A DNA stretch of 64,000 nucleotides, from positions 220,387 through 284,386 of the forward strand of contig CAVRGP010000006.1 in the NCBI GenBank assembly GCA_963720755.1, written 5' to 3'. Positions 42,327 to 52,757 of this stretch are shown here, one piece after another. Both the position numbers and the translations under genes were made by a program. The notes below the pieces were generated by a model that saw only the letters and a program-made list of their open reading frames with translations, had not been told where the DNA came from and did not search any database. The first letter of the stretch is position 1, and each line of letters begins with the position of its first letter. This DNA comes from an uncultured Chloroflexia bacterium (GTDB taxonomy: Bacteria; Chloroflexota; Limnocylindria; Limnocylindrales; CSP1-4).

Positions 42327-44033
42327 CTAGAACAACCCCACGATGTTGCCGTCGGCGTCGATGTCGATCCGCTCGCCGCCGGGCCGTGAGGGCAGTCCCG
42401 GCATCGTCCGCATCTCGCCACAGAGTGGGAACACGAACCCGGCGCCGGCCGACAATCGGACCTCGCGGATCGGAACGATGAAACCTGTCGGGCGGTTCTT
42501 GAGCGAGGCGTCGTGGCTGAGCGAGTACTGCGACTTGGCCATGCAGATCGGGAGGTTCCCGTAGCCGAGTTCCTCGTATTGCTGGAGCGACTTGCGTGCG
42601 GCCGGCAGGAAGTCGACACCCGCGCCCCCGTATACCCGGGTCACGATCGTCTCGATCTTCTCGGCCAGGGGCATCTCGTCCGGGTAGAGCAACTTGAAGT
42701 CGGCCGACCCGTCCGATGCCGCCGCCCAGACGGCTTCGGCAAGGTCTGTGGCACCCGCACCACCGTCGGCGAAATGGGTCGCGACCACGGCCGCCCGTGC
42801 CCCCGAGGCAAGAGCGACCTCGCGGATCGCCTCGACTTCGGCCGGCGTGTCGGTCGGGAACGCGTTGATCGCCACGACCGCGGGCACCCCGAACATCGTC
42901 ACGTTCTCGATCTGCTTGGCCAGGTTCTGTGCCCCGAGCCGGGTCGCCTCGACGTTCTCCTCGGCGAGGATGGGGTCGAGCGGCTTGCCGGCAACGATCT
43001 TGCCGACCCCGCCGTGCATCTTGAGCGCCCGGACGGTGGCGACCACGACGGCCGCATCGGGCGCGAGTCCGGACGCCCGGCACTTGATATCGAAGAACTT
43101 CTCGGCGCCCATGTCGGCCCCGAACCCGGCCTCCGTGCACACGATCTCGTTGGTCACCAGGGCCAGCCGGTCGGCGATGATCGAGTTGTTGCCGTGGGCG
43201 ATGTTGCCGAATGGTCCGCAGTGGACGAATGCCGGGCCGCCCTCGAGCGTCTGGAGCAGGTTCGGCTTGATGGCGTCCCGCAGGAGGACCGTCATGGCGC
43301 CGGCGACGCCGAGATCCTCCGCCGTGACCGCGGTCCCGTCGACCCTCGTCGCGAGGACCATCCGCCCCAGCCTCGCTCGAAGGTCGAACAGGTCGGTGGC
43401 CAGGGCAAGGACCGCCATGACCTCGGACGCGACCGTGATGACGAACTCGGATTCGCGCGGGACACCGTCCTGGCGCCCGCCGAGCCCGATGACGACGTGG
43501 CGCAGGGCCCGATCGCTGATGTCAACGACCCGCGGCCACAGGATCCCGTGCGGGTCGATCCCGAGCGGGTTCTTGTGATGGAGGCTGTTGTCGAGGAAGG
43601 CGGCCGCGAGGTTGTGGGCCGCCCCGATCGCATGGACATCCCCGGTCAGGTGGAGGTTGAAGTCCTCCATCGGGATGACCTGGCTGTAGCCGCCGCCGGC
43701 GGCGCCGCCCTTGATCCCGAAGACCGGTCCGAGCGACGGCTGACGGATGTTGACCGAGGCCCGATGACCGATCTTGTTGAGACCCTGCGCCAGCCCGACC
43801 GTCGTGGTCGATTTGCCCTCACCGAGCGGCGTCGGCGTGATCGCCGTGACGACGACGTACTTGCCGCGCGGACGTTCCGCCTCGAGCCGGGTGATCGCCT
43901 CGAGCGTGACCTTGGCCTTCGTCGGACCGTACAGCTCGAGCTCGTCGGCAGCGATGCCGAGGTCCTGGGCGATGTCGGCGATCGGGCGCGGCGTGACGGC
44001 GCGGGCGATCTCGAGGTCGGAAGGGAAACTCAT
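42327..44033 (-). CDS. fhs: Formate--tetrahydrofolate ligase
   Basis: TPTPLGEGKST, KGGAAGGGY, HCGPFGNIAHG, TEAGFGADMG. Confidence 0.97.
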   Translation of the reverse strand: MSFPSDLEIARAVTPRPIADIAQDLGIAADELELYGPTKAKVTLEAITRLEAERPRGKYVVVTAITPTPLGEGKSTTTVGLAQGLNKIGHRASVNIRQPSLGPVFGIKGGAAGGGYSQVIPMEDFNLHLTGDVHAIGAAHNLAAAFLDNSLHHKNPLGIDPHGILWPRVVDISDRALRHVVIGLGGRQDGVPRESEFVITVASEVMAVLALATDLFDLRARLGRMVLATRVDGTAVTAEDLGVAGAMTVLLRDAIKPNLLQTLEGGPAFVHCGPFGNIAHGNNSIIADRLALVTNEIVCTEAGFGADMGAEKFFDIKCRASGLAPDAAVVVATVRALKMHGGVGKIVAGKPLDPILAEENVEATRLGAQNLAKQIENVTMFGVPAVVAINAFPTDTPAEVEAIREVALASGARAAVVATHFADGGAGATDLAEAVWAAASDGSADFKLLYPDEMPLAEKIETIVTRVYGGAGVDFLPAARKSLQQYEELGYGNLPICMAKSQYSLSHDASLKNRPTGFIVPIREVRLSAGAGFVFPLCGEMRTMPGLPSRPGGERIDIDADGNIVGLF

Positions 44034-44944
44034 CGTTCTCCTCGAACAGCTACGGTCGGTTCTGGTCTTGATTCGCTCCGGCGAGCGGCGGCCTGGCGCT
44101 CCGCGGCCCGGATCAGGTGGGTGAGCAGCAGGGCATTCGTCAGCGGCCCGACCCCACCCGGGACAGGAGTGATCGCCGAGGCGACCTTGACGGCGGACGG
44201 CAGATCCACATCGCCGACGATGTGACCGTCCACCACGTTGATCCCGACGTCGACGACGACCGCGCCGGGTTTGAGATCGGCGCCGGTGATCAGCCCGGGC
44301 CGGCCCGCCGCGACGATCACGATGTCGGCCCGCCGAACGTGGGCGGCGAGGTCCGTGGTCCTTGAGTGGCAGACCGTCACGGTCGCGTCCTCGCGGACGA
44401 GGAGGAACGCCGCCGGCATGCCGACGACCGCGGACCGACCGATGACCACGGCCTCGCGCCCGGCGATCTCGATCCCCGAACGGCGAAGGATCTCGATGGC
44501 GGCGTGGGCGGTGGCCGGAAGGAACCCGTCGTACCCGAGCCGGAGCAGCCCGGCGTTGAGCGGGTGGATCCCGTCGATGTCCTTGGCCGGGTCGATCGCG
44601 TCGACCACCTCGCGCAGGCGGATCGTCGGAGGGAGCGGCATCTGGACGATGACCCCATCGACCGTCGGATCCGCGTTGAGTCGGCGGATTGCGGCGACGA
44701 CGGTGCGCTCGTTCGCCTCCCCTTCCAGTTCGACGAACTCCGCCTTGATCCCGACCTTGGCGCAGCCGCGGAGGATCCGCTCCAGGTAGACCGTGGATGG
44801 AGCGTCACGACCGACGATGACGACCGCGAGGCCGGGGGGTCGGCCGTTGGCGGTGGTGAAGGAGCTGACGTCTTCGGCGACCGCGGTCCGGATCTCGTCG
44901 GCGATCGGCGCGCCTTCCAGGAGACGGGCGCTACGATCCGCCAT
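44030..44944 (-). CDS. folD: Methylenetetrahydrofolate dehydrogenase/cyclohydrolase
   Basis: KDIDG, IGRS.VVG.P, DVGIN, TPVPGGVGP. Confidence 0.95.
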   Translation of the reverse strand: MADRSARLLEGAPIADEIRTAVAEDVSSFTTANGRPPGLAVVIVGRDAPSTVYLERILRGCAKVGIKAEFVELEGEANERTVVAAIRRLNADPTVDGVIVQMPLPPTIRLREVVDAIDPAKDIDGIHPLNAGLLRLGYDGFLPATAHAAIEILRRSGIEIAGREAVVIGRSAVVGMPAAFLLVREDATVTVCHSRTTDLAAHVRRADIVIVAAGRPGLITGADLKPGAVVVDVGINVVDGHIVGDVDLPSAVKVASAITPVPGGVGPLTNALLLTHLIRAAERQAAARRSESRPEPTVAVRGER

Positions 44945-44947
44945 CGA

Positions 44948-45646
44948 TCAGGCGAGGTCGGCGGCGCTGTCCGACGCGACGTCCGGCGCCGGGATCGGTT
45001 CTCGGGCGATGCCACTCCCGACCGCCTCGTGCGTCTCCGATGCCAGCCGTTCGACATCGTGGAGCAGCCGCGTGACCCGCTCCATGGTCGTCTGCTCAAA
45101 GGCCAGGTCGCCGATCGAGGGGAGGTTGATCAGGACGTTCGCCGCCGCCCCGCGCGCCGCTGCCTCGCCGAGGAGCGCGGCCACGTCGAGGTCGCTCGAG
45201 GCGTGCGGGTTGCTTCGCCCCGCAAGGGCTTCCGAGATCTCGACCAGTTCCAGGCAGGCTTCGACACAGGCATACGGGACCTCGGTCGCGGATCGAGCCG
45301 CGGCCCGAAGTGCCTGCGCCCGCGACTCGCGCTGCTCGTCGGTCTCACGGGGGAGCTTCATCGCGGCAGCAAAGCCACCGTAGGCCGTGGAGTCATCGTC
45401 CGCCAGAACGAGGAACCGATCAGCGAGGCGCCGGCCCGACTCGGCAGCCCACCGCAGCAGGTCGTCGTGTTCGGCGTACTTCGCGCGACCAAGGGATAGC
45501 CCGGCGACCATCGCCACCAGGCTTGCCCCGAGGCTTCCGGCGATCGCCGATGCGCTCCCGCCACCCGGCACGGGATCGGACGACGCGAGCCGCTCGACGA
45601 ACTGGTCGACGGTCAGGTCGCGAAATCTTGTGTCGTGCGGTTCCAC
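44948..45646 (-). CDS. Formiminotetrahydrofolate cyclodeaminase/cyclohydrolase family protein
   Basis: F...[17 protein letters not shown]....SD, NVLINL. Confidence 0.9.
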   Translation of the reverse strand: MEPHDTRFRDLTVDQFVERLASSDPVPGGGSASAIAGSLGASLVAMVAGLSLGRAKYAEHDDLLRWAAESGRRLADRFLVLADDDSTAYGGFAAAMKLPRETDEQRESRAQALRAAARSATEVPYACVEACLELVEISEALAGRSNPHASSDLDVAALLGEAAARGAAANVLINLPSIGDLAFEQTTMERVTRLLHDVERLASETHEAVGSGIAREPIPAPDVASDSAADLA

Positions 45647-45796
45647 CCGCCGATTGTACGGTTGCGAGCCGGTCGGGGTCCGGAGGGTCGCGCAGCGTGG
45701 GAAGTGTCGGAGGACGGGGCGGGCGCGGTACCGGCGCACCCACCCCGCACTCTCGACTGTCGGCGGCCCGGGAGGGAGGGTCCCGGCCGCCAGGGA

Positions 45797-46069
45797 TCAA
45801 GCAGCCTTGCGGTGCGCCTCATCCAGCCCCGTGACCGTCCAGCGCCGAGAACGGTGCTGGAACGTGAGCGAGAGCCGGGCATGCGGTGTCTCGACTTCGA
45901 AGAGCGTCCGAGGCCCACTGATGACCGGGTACGCAGCGGCTTCCTCGCGGACGGCCATGACCTGGGTGATCGGCCATCGCTGGTCGTCCCAGGTGACGTC
46001 CCGCGGGCGGCCACTGAACCAGTCCGTACGGACCTGGACCTGGACCGGATCGACTCGGATGAATGCCAT
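45797..46069 (-). CDS. Small LexA-regulated hypothetical protein
   Basis: AAGGAG RBS; 90 aa; own promoter with two SOS boxes. Confidence 0.75.
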   Translation of the reverse strand: MAFIRVDPVQVQVRTDWFSGRPRDVTWDDQRWPITQVMAVREEAAAYPVISGPRTLFEVETPHARLSLTFQHRSRRWTVTGLDEAHRKAA

Positions 46070-46128
46070 GCTGGATGGCTCCTTTCCGGGGGGCGGTTGG
46101 GTCATGTCGTCCGGGGCACTCGTTCGAC

Positions 46129-46183
46129 AGAACGTCTGTTCGGTTATGGCGCGAGACTAGACCGAACAAGTGTTCGATGTCAA
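46129..46183 (-). promoter_or_regulatory. Promoter with two LexA (Cheo-type) boxes
   Basis: AGAACGTCTGTTCG (46129-46142) and CGAACAAGTGTTCG (46163-46176); minus-strand TTGACA-18-TAGTCT. Confidence 0.85.
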
Positions 46184-47487
46184 GCCTCGTCGAACGGAAT
46201 CTCGTCCACGTCCGTGTCACCTTGGGTGTCACGCGTCGGTGACCCCGCCTCCTCCGATCCGCTCGCCACGCCCCGGGCCCGTCGGTCCAGCGGGTTCCGA
46301 GGATCTCGCTCGAACGGTGCCGGCAGATCAGCCCCGAGAAGTCGGGCCCGGGTGACGGTCCCCTCCCCGTACCGCCGCCGGAGGGAATCGGCCGCCTCGA
46401 CGGCTCGCCGGCGACGAGGGTCGGTGGCATCGAACAGCGCGAGTTGCTCGCGTTCCCCGAGGTTCGAGGCCGTCACACCGAGCAATCGGACCCGCATCCC
46501 ACGCAGTTCCGGCCGGGCCAGGTCGAGCGCGGTCGCGTAGATCGGGTCGGTCAGGTCGGTCGGCTCGGCCAGGGTCCGCTGGCGGGTGATCGTGCGAAAA
46601 CCGTCGTCGCGGATCTTGACCGTGACCGTGCCCGCCCTGACCCCGGCCGAGCGCAGTCGCCCGGCCACGCCCTCGGCCATCGCCAGGAGCGTTCGTTCGA
46701 TGACTTCCGGGTCGCTCGTGTCGACATCGAAGGTGTGTTCGTGGCCGACCGACTTGGCCGGATCGCCGTCGTGGACCGGATCCGGGTCGATGCCGCGGGC
46801 TCGCTCGACGAGCGACGCCCCGTGCTTGCCGAAACGGCGCACGACCAGGTCCGGCGGCAAGCCGGCCAGGTCGCCGATCGTGCGGACCGAGTACTCGGCC
46901 AGCGCCGCCGCCGTCTTCTCGCCGACTCCCCACAGCCGGCCGATCGGGAGCGGCGCCAGGAACGCCGCCTCCTCCCCGACCGGGACGACCACGAGTCCGT
47001 CCGGCTTCCGCAGGTCCGATGCGACCTTGGCCACGAGCTTGGTGCTCGCGACCCCGACCGACGCAGTCAACCCGACCTCCGTGCGCACCTCGTCCTTGAT
47101 CCGACGGGCGATCGCCGGCCCATCGCCGAACAGGGCGAATGACCCAGTGACATCGAGGAAGGCCTCATCGATCGAGATCGGCTCGACCAGTGGCGTGAAG
47201 CGTCGCAGGATCCCCATGACATCGCGACTGGCCGCCTGATAGCGGCGACCGTCGACCGGCAGGAAGACGGCATCGGGGCAGCGCCGGTACGCCTCACGCA
47301 GCGACATCGCCGAGTGGATCCCGAACTGGCGCGCCTCGTAGCTGGCGGCCGACACCACGCCACGGGCGTCCTCTCCACCGGCTCCCCCGACGACGACCGG
47401 GCGCCCGCGCAGCTCCGGCCGGTCGCGCTGTTCGACGGCAGCGAAGAACGCATCGAGATCGACATGCAGGATGGTCCGCTCGGTCAT
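46180..47487 (-). CDS. dinB: DNA polymerase IV
   Basis: HVDLDAFFAAVE, SYEAR.FG, SIDEAFLD, KPDG, LWGVG. Confidence 0.95.
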   Translation of the reverse strand: MTERTILHVDLDAFFAAVEQRDRPELRGRPVVVGGAGGEDARGVVSAASYEARQFGIHSAMSLREAYRRCPDAVFLPVDGRRYQAASRDVMGILRRFTPLVEPISIDEAFLDVTGSFALFGDGPAIARRIKDEVRTEVGLTASVGVASTKLVAKVASDLRKPDGLVVVPVGEEAAFLAPLPIGRLWGVGEKTAAALAEYSVRTIGDLAGLPPDLVVRRFGKHGASLVERARGIDPDPVHDGDPAKSVGHEHTFDVDTSDPEVIERTLLAMAEGVAGRLRSAGVRAGTVTVKIRDDGFRTITRQRTLAEPTDLTDPIYATALDLARPELRGMRVRLLGVTASNLGEREQLALFDATDPRRRRAVEAADSLRRRYGEGTVTRARLLGADLPAPFERDPRNPLDRRARGVASGSEEAGSPTRDTQGDTDVDEIPFDEA

Positions 47488-47507
47488 GGCCGCTATCATC
47501 GTCCGCT

Positions 47508-49496
47508 GTGACACCCCCCGCGGCGACGGCCACCCGGGGGTTCGCGCTCGCCGTCGTGGCGGCCGTCCTTGTGGCTGCCCTGATCGCCTGGGCGATCCCG
47601 ATCTCGGCGGTCGTCCTGATCTGGCCGATCCTGTTCTTCGTTCCCGGTTGGGTCGTGATCCGTCGAGTCGTGCCCGACCTGCCGACTCCGGGCGCCGTCG
47701 GCGGGGCGATCGTCACCAGCGCGTACGTGTCCGCCCATCTCGTCGACGTCGTGGCTCGGGTGACCGGGTTCGGGCGCGAGTCGGTCATCGTCAGCGCCGC
47801 CGGTCTGGCACTTGCATCGATCGCCATCGCGCGCATCGATCACCGTTGGCTGGAACCGATCCCCCGGCCGACCATACGATCGACGCTTTCGACCCTCCGC
47901 TCGGACGCGCCCGCGTGGCTCGTGGCGATCGCGGCGGGTCTGGCCGTCCTCGTCGTCCTGATGGTCAACGGTTGGGTCGCGACGCCGGACGGCTGGGTGG
48001 CGGGTGGCTGGAACTGGAGCGACCTGCTGGTCCACGTGTCGATCGGCTCGAGCATCGCCGCCGGCAACTTCCCGCCGGACGTGCCCTACTTCGCCGGTGA
48101 GCCCCTGACGTACCACTGGTTCGCCGACTTCCACGGCGCCATCACCTCGACGGTGGCGGGCGTGGATCTGATCGGGACCTACTTCGCGACGAGCGCACTG
48201 TTCGCCGGCGTCCTGGCCCTGGTCGTGTGGGCACTGGCCCTGCGGCTGACGGGACGCCAACGGGTCGCGACGATCGCCGCGATCCTGGTCTGCTTCGGCG
48301 GTGGTTTCGGCTGGATCCGCCTGGTCGGCGACGTGATGGCCGGGATGGGCGGAGTCGTCCACCTCATCAGTCGGACCTCGTACGACAACACCTGGGCGGA
48401 CGGCTGGCCGTACTTCAAGATCGCGTCGATCTTCGGCACCGGATTCCTGCCCCACCGGGCGACCACGCTCGGGTTGCCGGGACTGGTCACGGTCGTCCTG
48501 ATCGTGGTGTCGAGCGTCGGACGGCGTCCGCTTGGCGTGCTCCTGGCCGGTGTCCTGGCGGCGCTTCTCGCCCCGTTCCAGTTCTTCGCCTTTCCGGCCA
48601 CCTACCTGATCGTCGGGCTGTACGTCGTGACCTCGGGCGCCTGGCGGACGCGAACCGTCTGGCGCGACGCGGCCCTGTTCCTGGCGCCGGTCGTCCTGGC
48701 TGCGCCGTTCATCCTTGCGGCGATCGGGAAGCAGAGCGACATCGGGTCATTCCGGTTCGTCCTCGGCTGGAGCGAGGCCCGGATCGACGACGGTCCCTGG
48801 GCGGTGGCGTTCTTCTACCTGACCAACCTGGGGCTCCCGTTCATCCTCGCGGCGGTCGCTGCGTTCACCGCCCGTGGCCTGCCCCATCGCGGGTTCCTGG
48901 TGGCCTGGATGATCGCGCTGTTCGTCGTCCCCAACGTCGTCGTCGTGAGCGCGGTCGAGTTCGACATGAACAAGTACTTCCAGATCATGTGGATCGCCGT
49001 GGCCATCCTCGCGGCCTGGCTGATCCATCGATGGCGCGTGTGGGCGATCGTCCTGGTGATCGGCGTCTCGGCGCTGTCCCCGGCCCTCATCGCCGGATGG
49101 CACCTGCGCTCGCACGACATCGCGTTGACGCTGCCGCAGGCGACGGCGGCCCGCTGGATCGCGGCCAATACCCCGGAACGATCGGTATTCATCACCGACG
49201 CGTTCATCAACAGTCCGGTCGACCTGGCGGGACGCCTCCGGATCACGACCTTCGGACCGTACGTCTCCAACCTCGGCTACGACCCGGCAGCGCGCGAGGC
49301 AGATACGCACGCCATCTACTGCGACGGAGCGGACATCGCGGCGGAGCGGATGGCGGCCTATGGCGCGACGTATGTCCTGTCGAGCGGCGGCATCCCATGC
49401 GGTGGTGACGTGGGCACGGACTTCGGCACGAGCGACCGGTTCGAAACGGTCTACGACGTCGACGGCGTCACGATCTGGGCGTTGCGGGACCCGTGA
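47508..49496 (+). CDS. Multi-pass membrane protein, GT-C glycosyltransferase-like
   Basis: Many TM segments; NWSD..H, NFPP..PYFAGE.L.YHW; C-terminal WI..NTP motif. Confidence 0.65.
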   Translation: MTPPAATATRGFALAVVAAVLVAALIAWAIPISAVVLIWPILFFVPGWVVIRRVVPDLPTPGAVGGAIVTSAYVSAHLVDVVARVTGFGRESVIVSAAGLALASIAIARIDHRWLEPIPRPTIRSTLSTLRSDAPAWLVAIAAGLAVLVVLMVNGWVATPDGWVAGGWNWSDLLVHVSIGSSIAAGNFPPDVPYFAGEPLTYHWFADFHGAITSTVAGVDLIGTYFATSALFAGVLALVVWALALRLTGRQRVATIAAILVCFGGGFGWIRLVGDVMAGMGGVVHLISRTSYDNTWADGWPYFKIASIFGTGFLPHRATTLGLPGLVTVVLIVVSSVGRRPLGVLLAGVLAALLAPFQFFAFPATYLIVGLYVVTSGAWRTRTVWRDAALFLAPVVLAAPFILAAIGKQSDIGSFRFVLGWSEARIDDGPWAVAFFYLTNLGLPFILAAVAAFTARGLPHRGFLVAWMIALFVVPNVVVVSAVEFDMNKYFQIMWIAVAILAAWLIHRWRVWAIVLVIGVSALSPALIAGWHLRSHDIALTLPQATAARWIAANTPERSVFITDAFINSPVDLAGRLRITTFGPYVSNLGYDPAAREADTHAIYCDGADIAAERMAAYGATYVLSSGGIPCGGDVGTDFGTSDRFETVYDVDGVTIWALRDP

Positions 49497-49507
49497 GGTT
49501 CGGGCCG

Positions 49508-49954
49508 CTAGCCCTTCGGCTCGACGATGATCGTGACCTCGGGGGTCATGCCCGTGAACACCTTGATCGCGACCTTGTAGGTGCCGAGCGTCTTGAGCGG
49601 CTCCTCCAGGTCGATCTTGTGGCGATCGACCTCGATCCCGCGACGGGCCAGCGCGTCGGCGATGTCCTTGGACGTGATCGAGCCGTACAGCTTGCCGGCC
49701 TCGCCGACCTTGACGCCCATCGTCAGGGTCGTGCTGGCGATCCGGGTCGCGGCGATCTCGGCTTCCTCGCGCTCTCGTTGGCGCTTGTCCTCGCGGCTCG
49801 CGATGTCGTGCTGCCAGGCGCGGTATGCACCGCCGGCCGCCGGGACCGCCAGCTTCTGCGGGATGAGGAAGTTCGTCGCATAGCCGTCCGCGACCTGCTT
49901 CATCTCACCGCTCTTGCCGACCTTCGGCACGTCCTTCGTCAGGATGACCTTCAC
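49508..49954 (-). CDS. rplI: 50S ribosomal protein L9
   Basis: [29 protein letters not shown]. Confidence 0.97.
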   Translation of the reverse strand: MKVILTKDVPKVGKSGEMKQVADGYATNFLIPQKLAVPAAGGAYRAWQHDIASREDKRQREREEAEIAATRIASTTLTMGVKVGEAGKLYGSITSKDIADALARRGIEVDRHKIDLEEPLKTLGTYKVAIKVFTGMTPEVTIIVEPKG

Positions 49955-50439
49955 GCGCTGCGATCCTCCTTGGTGATCCAGGCCCGCGTTCGCGGCACCA
50001 GACCGGTCTGTTTCATGGCGTCGGCGATCCCACCGACGAGCTCGGGGACCCGGCGGATGGTCCGCCGGACGGGACTTGGCGTCAAGCGCCGGACCTGGGC
50101 GACGTCGCGATCGAATTCGGCCCGGGCGATCCCGAGCTCGGCGAGCTTCTCATCAAGGAGGTCGTCGGGCACGCCGTCGAGGAAGAGTTCCGCGGCCAGG
50201 ACGATCACGATCAGGTCGTCCAGCCCGCCGATGATCGGGATGTCATCCGGGATGAGATCCCGGCCAAGGACGAGGTACCCGGCCGCCCCGACGAGGAGTG
50301 CCTTGCGCTGCCTCGGCATGCGTTCGTCCATCACCAACGAGGTGATCAGCCGGGTGTACATCGGCACGCGACTGGCGATCGGCAGGAACGCGAGCAGCGA
50401 GAGGGCACGACCGATGCCGGCCCCGCCCCTCGAACGCAT
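49951..50439 (-). CDS. DUF1232/YkvA family protein
   Basis: [15 protein letters not shown]. Confidence 0.85.
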   Translation of the reverse strand: MRSRGGAGIGRALSLLAFLPIASRVPMYTRLITSLVMDERMPRQRKALLVGAAGYLVLGRDLIPDDIPIIGGLDDLIVIVLAAELFLDGVPDDLLDEKLAELGIARAEFDRDVAQVRRLTPSPVRRTIRRVPELVGGIADAMKQTGLVPRTRAWITKEDRSA

Positions 50440-50531
50440 GCTGCGCGTCTCGTCGCCTCTGCCCACGCTGTACCTCCACTCCCGGGTCGGGAGTCTACCA
50501 GCCTCATGACCGCGGGCCACCTGTCCTCACC

Positions 50532-50559
50532 TTGACATCGAACGTCCGTTCGTTATCAT
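50532..50559 (+). promoter_or_regulatory. lexA promoter with autoregulatory SOS box
   Basis: TTGACA (50532), CGAACGTCCGTTCG (50539-50552), TATCAT (50554). Confidence 0.88.
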
Positions 50560-50578
50560 GCTTGACAAGGAGGCGCGA

Positions 50579-51229
50579 GTGACCAAACACGACGCCGAAC
50601 GCAAGGTCAAGATCCTGGACTTCATCGCCGCGACGCTACGGGCGCGCGGCTATCCGCCGTCGGTTCGTGAGATCGCCCGGGCTGTCGGGCTGGCCTCCAC
50701 CTCGGCTGTCCATCACCACCTCCAGATCCTCGAGCGCGAGGGGTACCTGGAGCGCGGCGCCGCCCAATCGCGGGCCATCCGGTTGACGCCGACGGCGGCG
50801 ATCCGCCTGGGCCTGACGAGCGAGCTCGTGCCGCAGGCGACGGCCGGTGACGCCAGGGTGGTGCCGATCATCGGGGAGATCGCCGCGGGCGGACCGATCG
50901 AGGCCTACCAGGACGCGACGGAGACGATGGCGATCCCGGACGTCCTCGCGCCGGGTGGGGACGCCTACGTCCTCCGGGTGCGCGGCGATTCGATGATCGA
51001 GGCCCACATCGCGGACGGTGATTTCGTCCTGATCCGCCCCCAGACCACCGCGCGCAACGGGGACATCGTCGTCGCCCAGGTGGAAGAGAACGCGGTCACG
51101 CTGAAGCGCTTCTTCAAGGAGAAGGACCAGGTCCGGCTCCAGCCGGCGAACCCCGCCTATCCCGTCCAGTTCTATGACGACGTCCGGATCCAGGGAAAGC
51201 TGATCGGCGTCATCCGCCGACTCGACTAG
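50579..51229 (+). CDS. lexA: SOS repressor LexA
   Basis: GYPPSVREI, IAAG cleavage site, VRGDSM, TLKR; AAGGAGG RBS. Confidence 0.97.
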   Translation: MTKHDAERKVKILDFIAATLRARGYPPSVREIARAVGLASTSAVHHHLQILEREGYLERGAAQSRAIRLTPTAAIRLGLTSELVPQATAGDARVVPIIGEIAAGGPIEAYQDATETMAIPDVLAPGGDAYVLRVRGDSMIEAHIADGDFVLIRPQTTARNGDIVVAQVEENAVTLKRFFKEKDQVRLQPANPAYPVQFYDDVRIQGKLIGVIRRLD

Positions 51230-51249
51230 CGGGCACCCTGGATCGGCCG

Positions 51250-51318
51250 TTGGGGACGGTGGATATCAACAGGACTGTCCACATCCGGTCCACGCGGGTG
51301 GAAAGTTCGTGGACGATC
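51250..51318. promoter_or_regulatory. Cluster of DnaA-box-like 9-mers upstream of dnaB
   Basis: ATATCAACA (51263), CTGTCCACA (51275), CGGTCCACG, and reverse-strand ATATCCACC, CTTTCCACC, TCGTCCACG. Confidence 0.5.
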
Positions 51319-51407
51319 GGGTCGGCCGGATCCCAGTTCGTGGAGGCGCGGCCGGCCCCGTCTCTGACAATGAGAGACCCCCCTTCGCTGACGGAGCCCG
51401 CCTCGAC

Positions 51408-52757
51408 GTGATCGACCGCCTGCCGCCCCAGAGCCTCGAAGCCGAGCAGTCGGTCCTGGGCGCCCTGCTCATCGATCGTGACGCCGTGATCGAGGTCGCC
51501 GAGTTCCTCCGCCCGGCGGACTTCTATCGCCAGGCGAATGCCCGGATCTACGCGGTCGTGCTCGACCTGTACGAGCGGCGCGAGCCGATCGATATCGTCA
51601 CGGTGGCCGAATCCCTGGAACGCCGCGAGGAGCTCGAGGCGATCGGTGGGCGGGCCTACCTGTCGAGCCTGTCCAACGAGACGCCGACGGCCGTCCACGT
51701 CGCCCAGTACGCGCGGATCGTCGAACGGAAGGCGGTCCTCCGGAACCTGATCGGGGCCGCCGGGCGGATCGCCGGGATCGGCTACGAGGACCCCGCGGAG
51801 ATCCAGGAAGCGATCGACCGTGCCGAATCTGAGCTGTTCGCTGTCAGCCAGAAGCGCGTCGATGCCGGGTTCAGCCCGCTCAAGTCGCTCCTGCACGACG
51901 CCTACGACCGGCTCGATTACCTGCACGCCCACCGAGGCGAGATCAGCGGCGTCCGGACCGGTTTCACGGACCTGGACACGCTGACGACCGGGTTGCAGAA
52001 GAGCGACCTCGTCGTCCTCGCCGCCCGGCCCTCCGTCGGCAAGACGAGTTTCGCGCTCAACATCGCGGAGCATGCGGCCGTTCGCGAGCGCAAGCACGTC
52101 GGGGTCTTCAGTCTGGAGATGAGCAAGGAGCAGCTCGTCCTCCGGCTGCTCTCCAGCGTCGCCAATATCGACTCCCAGCGGCTCCGCTCGGGGTTCCTTG
52201 AGGAGCTCGACTTCGCCCGCATCGCACCGGCGATGAACGCCCTGTCGGAGGCGCCCGTCTATATCGATGACACGCCGAACATCTCGGCCATGGAGCTTCG
52301 GACGAAGGCGCGGCGGCTCCAGGCAGAGGCGGGTCTGGACCTGGTCATCGTCGACTATCTCCAACTCATGCAGGCCACGACCACCAACCGCGACGCGAAC
52401 CGGGTCCAGGAAGTCTCGGAGATCTCCCGCGGACTGAAGGCGCTGGCCCGCGAGCTGTCGATCCCGGTCATCGCCCTCTCGCAGCTGTCTCGCCAGCCGG
52501 AGATGCGCGAGTCGAAGGAGCCCCGCCTGTCCGATCTTCGAGAGTCCGGCGCGATCGAGCAGGACGCGGACCTGGTGATGTTCCTGTGGCGCGACAAGGA
52601 GCGCGGTCAGGACGACCAGGACCAGGAAGGCGAGGTCATCAACCTCAAGCTCGCCAAGCACCGTAACGGACCGACCGGCGAGATCCAGTTGTGGTTCAAG
52701 AAGCGCCAGACACGCTTCGTGAGTTATGCCGGCGAGCGCTACGCCGAGGCGGGCTGA
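51408..52757 (+). CDS. dnaB: Replicative DNA helicase
   Basis: PPQSLEAEQSVLG, AARPSVGKT, DYLQL, SDLRESGAIEQDAD. Confidence 0.97.
   Translation: MIDRLPPQSLEAEQSVLGALLIDRDAVIEVAEFLRPADFYRQANARIYAVVLDLYERREPIDIVTVAESLERREELEAIGGRAYLSSLSNETPTAVHVAQYARIVERKAVLRNLIGAAGRIAGIGYEDPAEIQEAIDRAESELFAVSQKRVDAGFSPLKSLLHDAYDRLDYLHAHRGEISGVRTGFTDLDTLTTGLQKSDLVVLAARPSVGKTSFALNIAEHAAVRERKHVGVFSLEMSKEQLVLRLLSSVANIDSQRLRSGFLEELDFARIAPAMNALSEAPVYIDDTPNISAMELRTKARRLQAEAGLDLVIVDYLQLMQATTTNRDANRVQEVSEISRGLKALARELSIPVIALSQLSRQPEMRESKEPRLSDLRESGAIEQDADLVMFLWRDKERGQDDQDQEGEVINLKLAKHRNGPTGEIQLWFKKRQTRFVSYAGERYAEAG

Noticed and set aside
35761-44225. Long antisense ORFs (e.g. 35761-37419, 37485-39104, 42513-44225)
   Set aside because: Shadow frames of GC-rich hutU, hutH and fhs with no recognisable motifs
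51230-51407. Replication origin
   Set aside because: Boxes are degenerate, there is no AT-rich unwinding element, and dnaA/dnaN are not in the window
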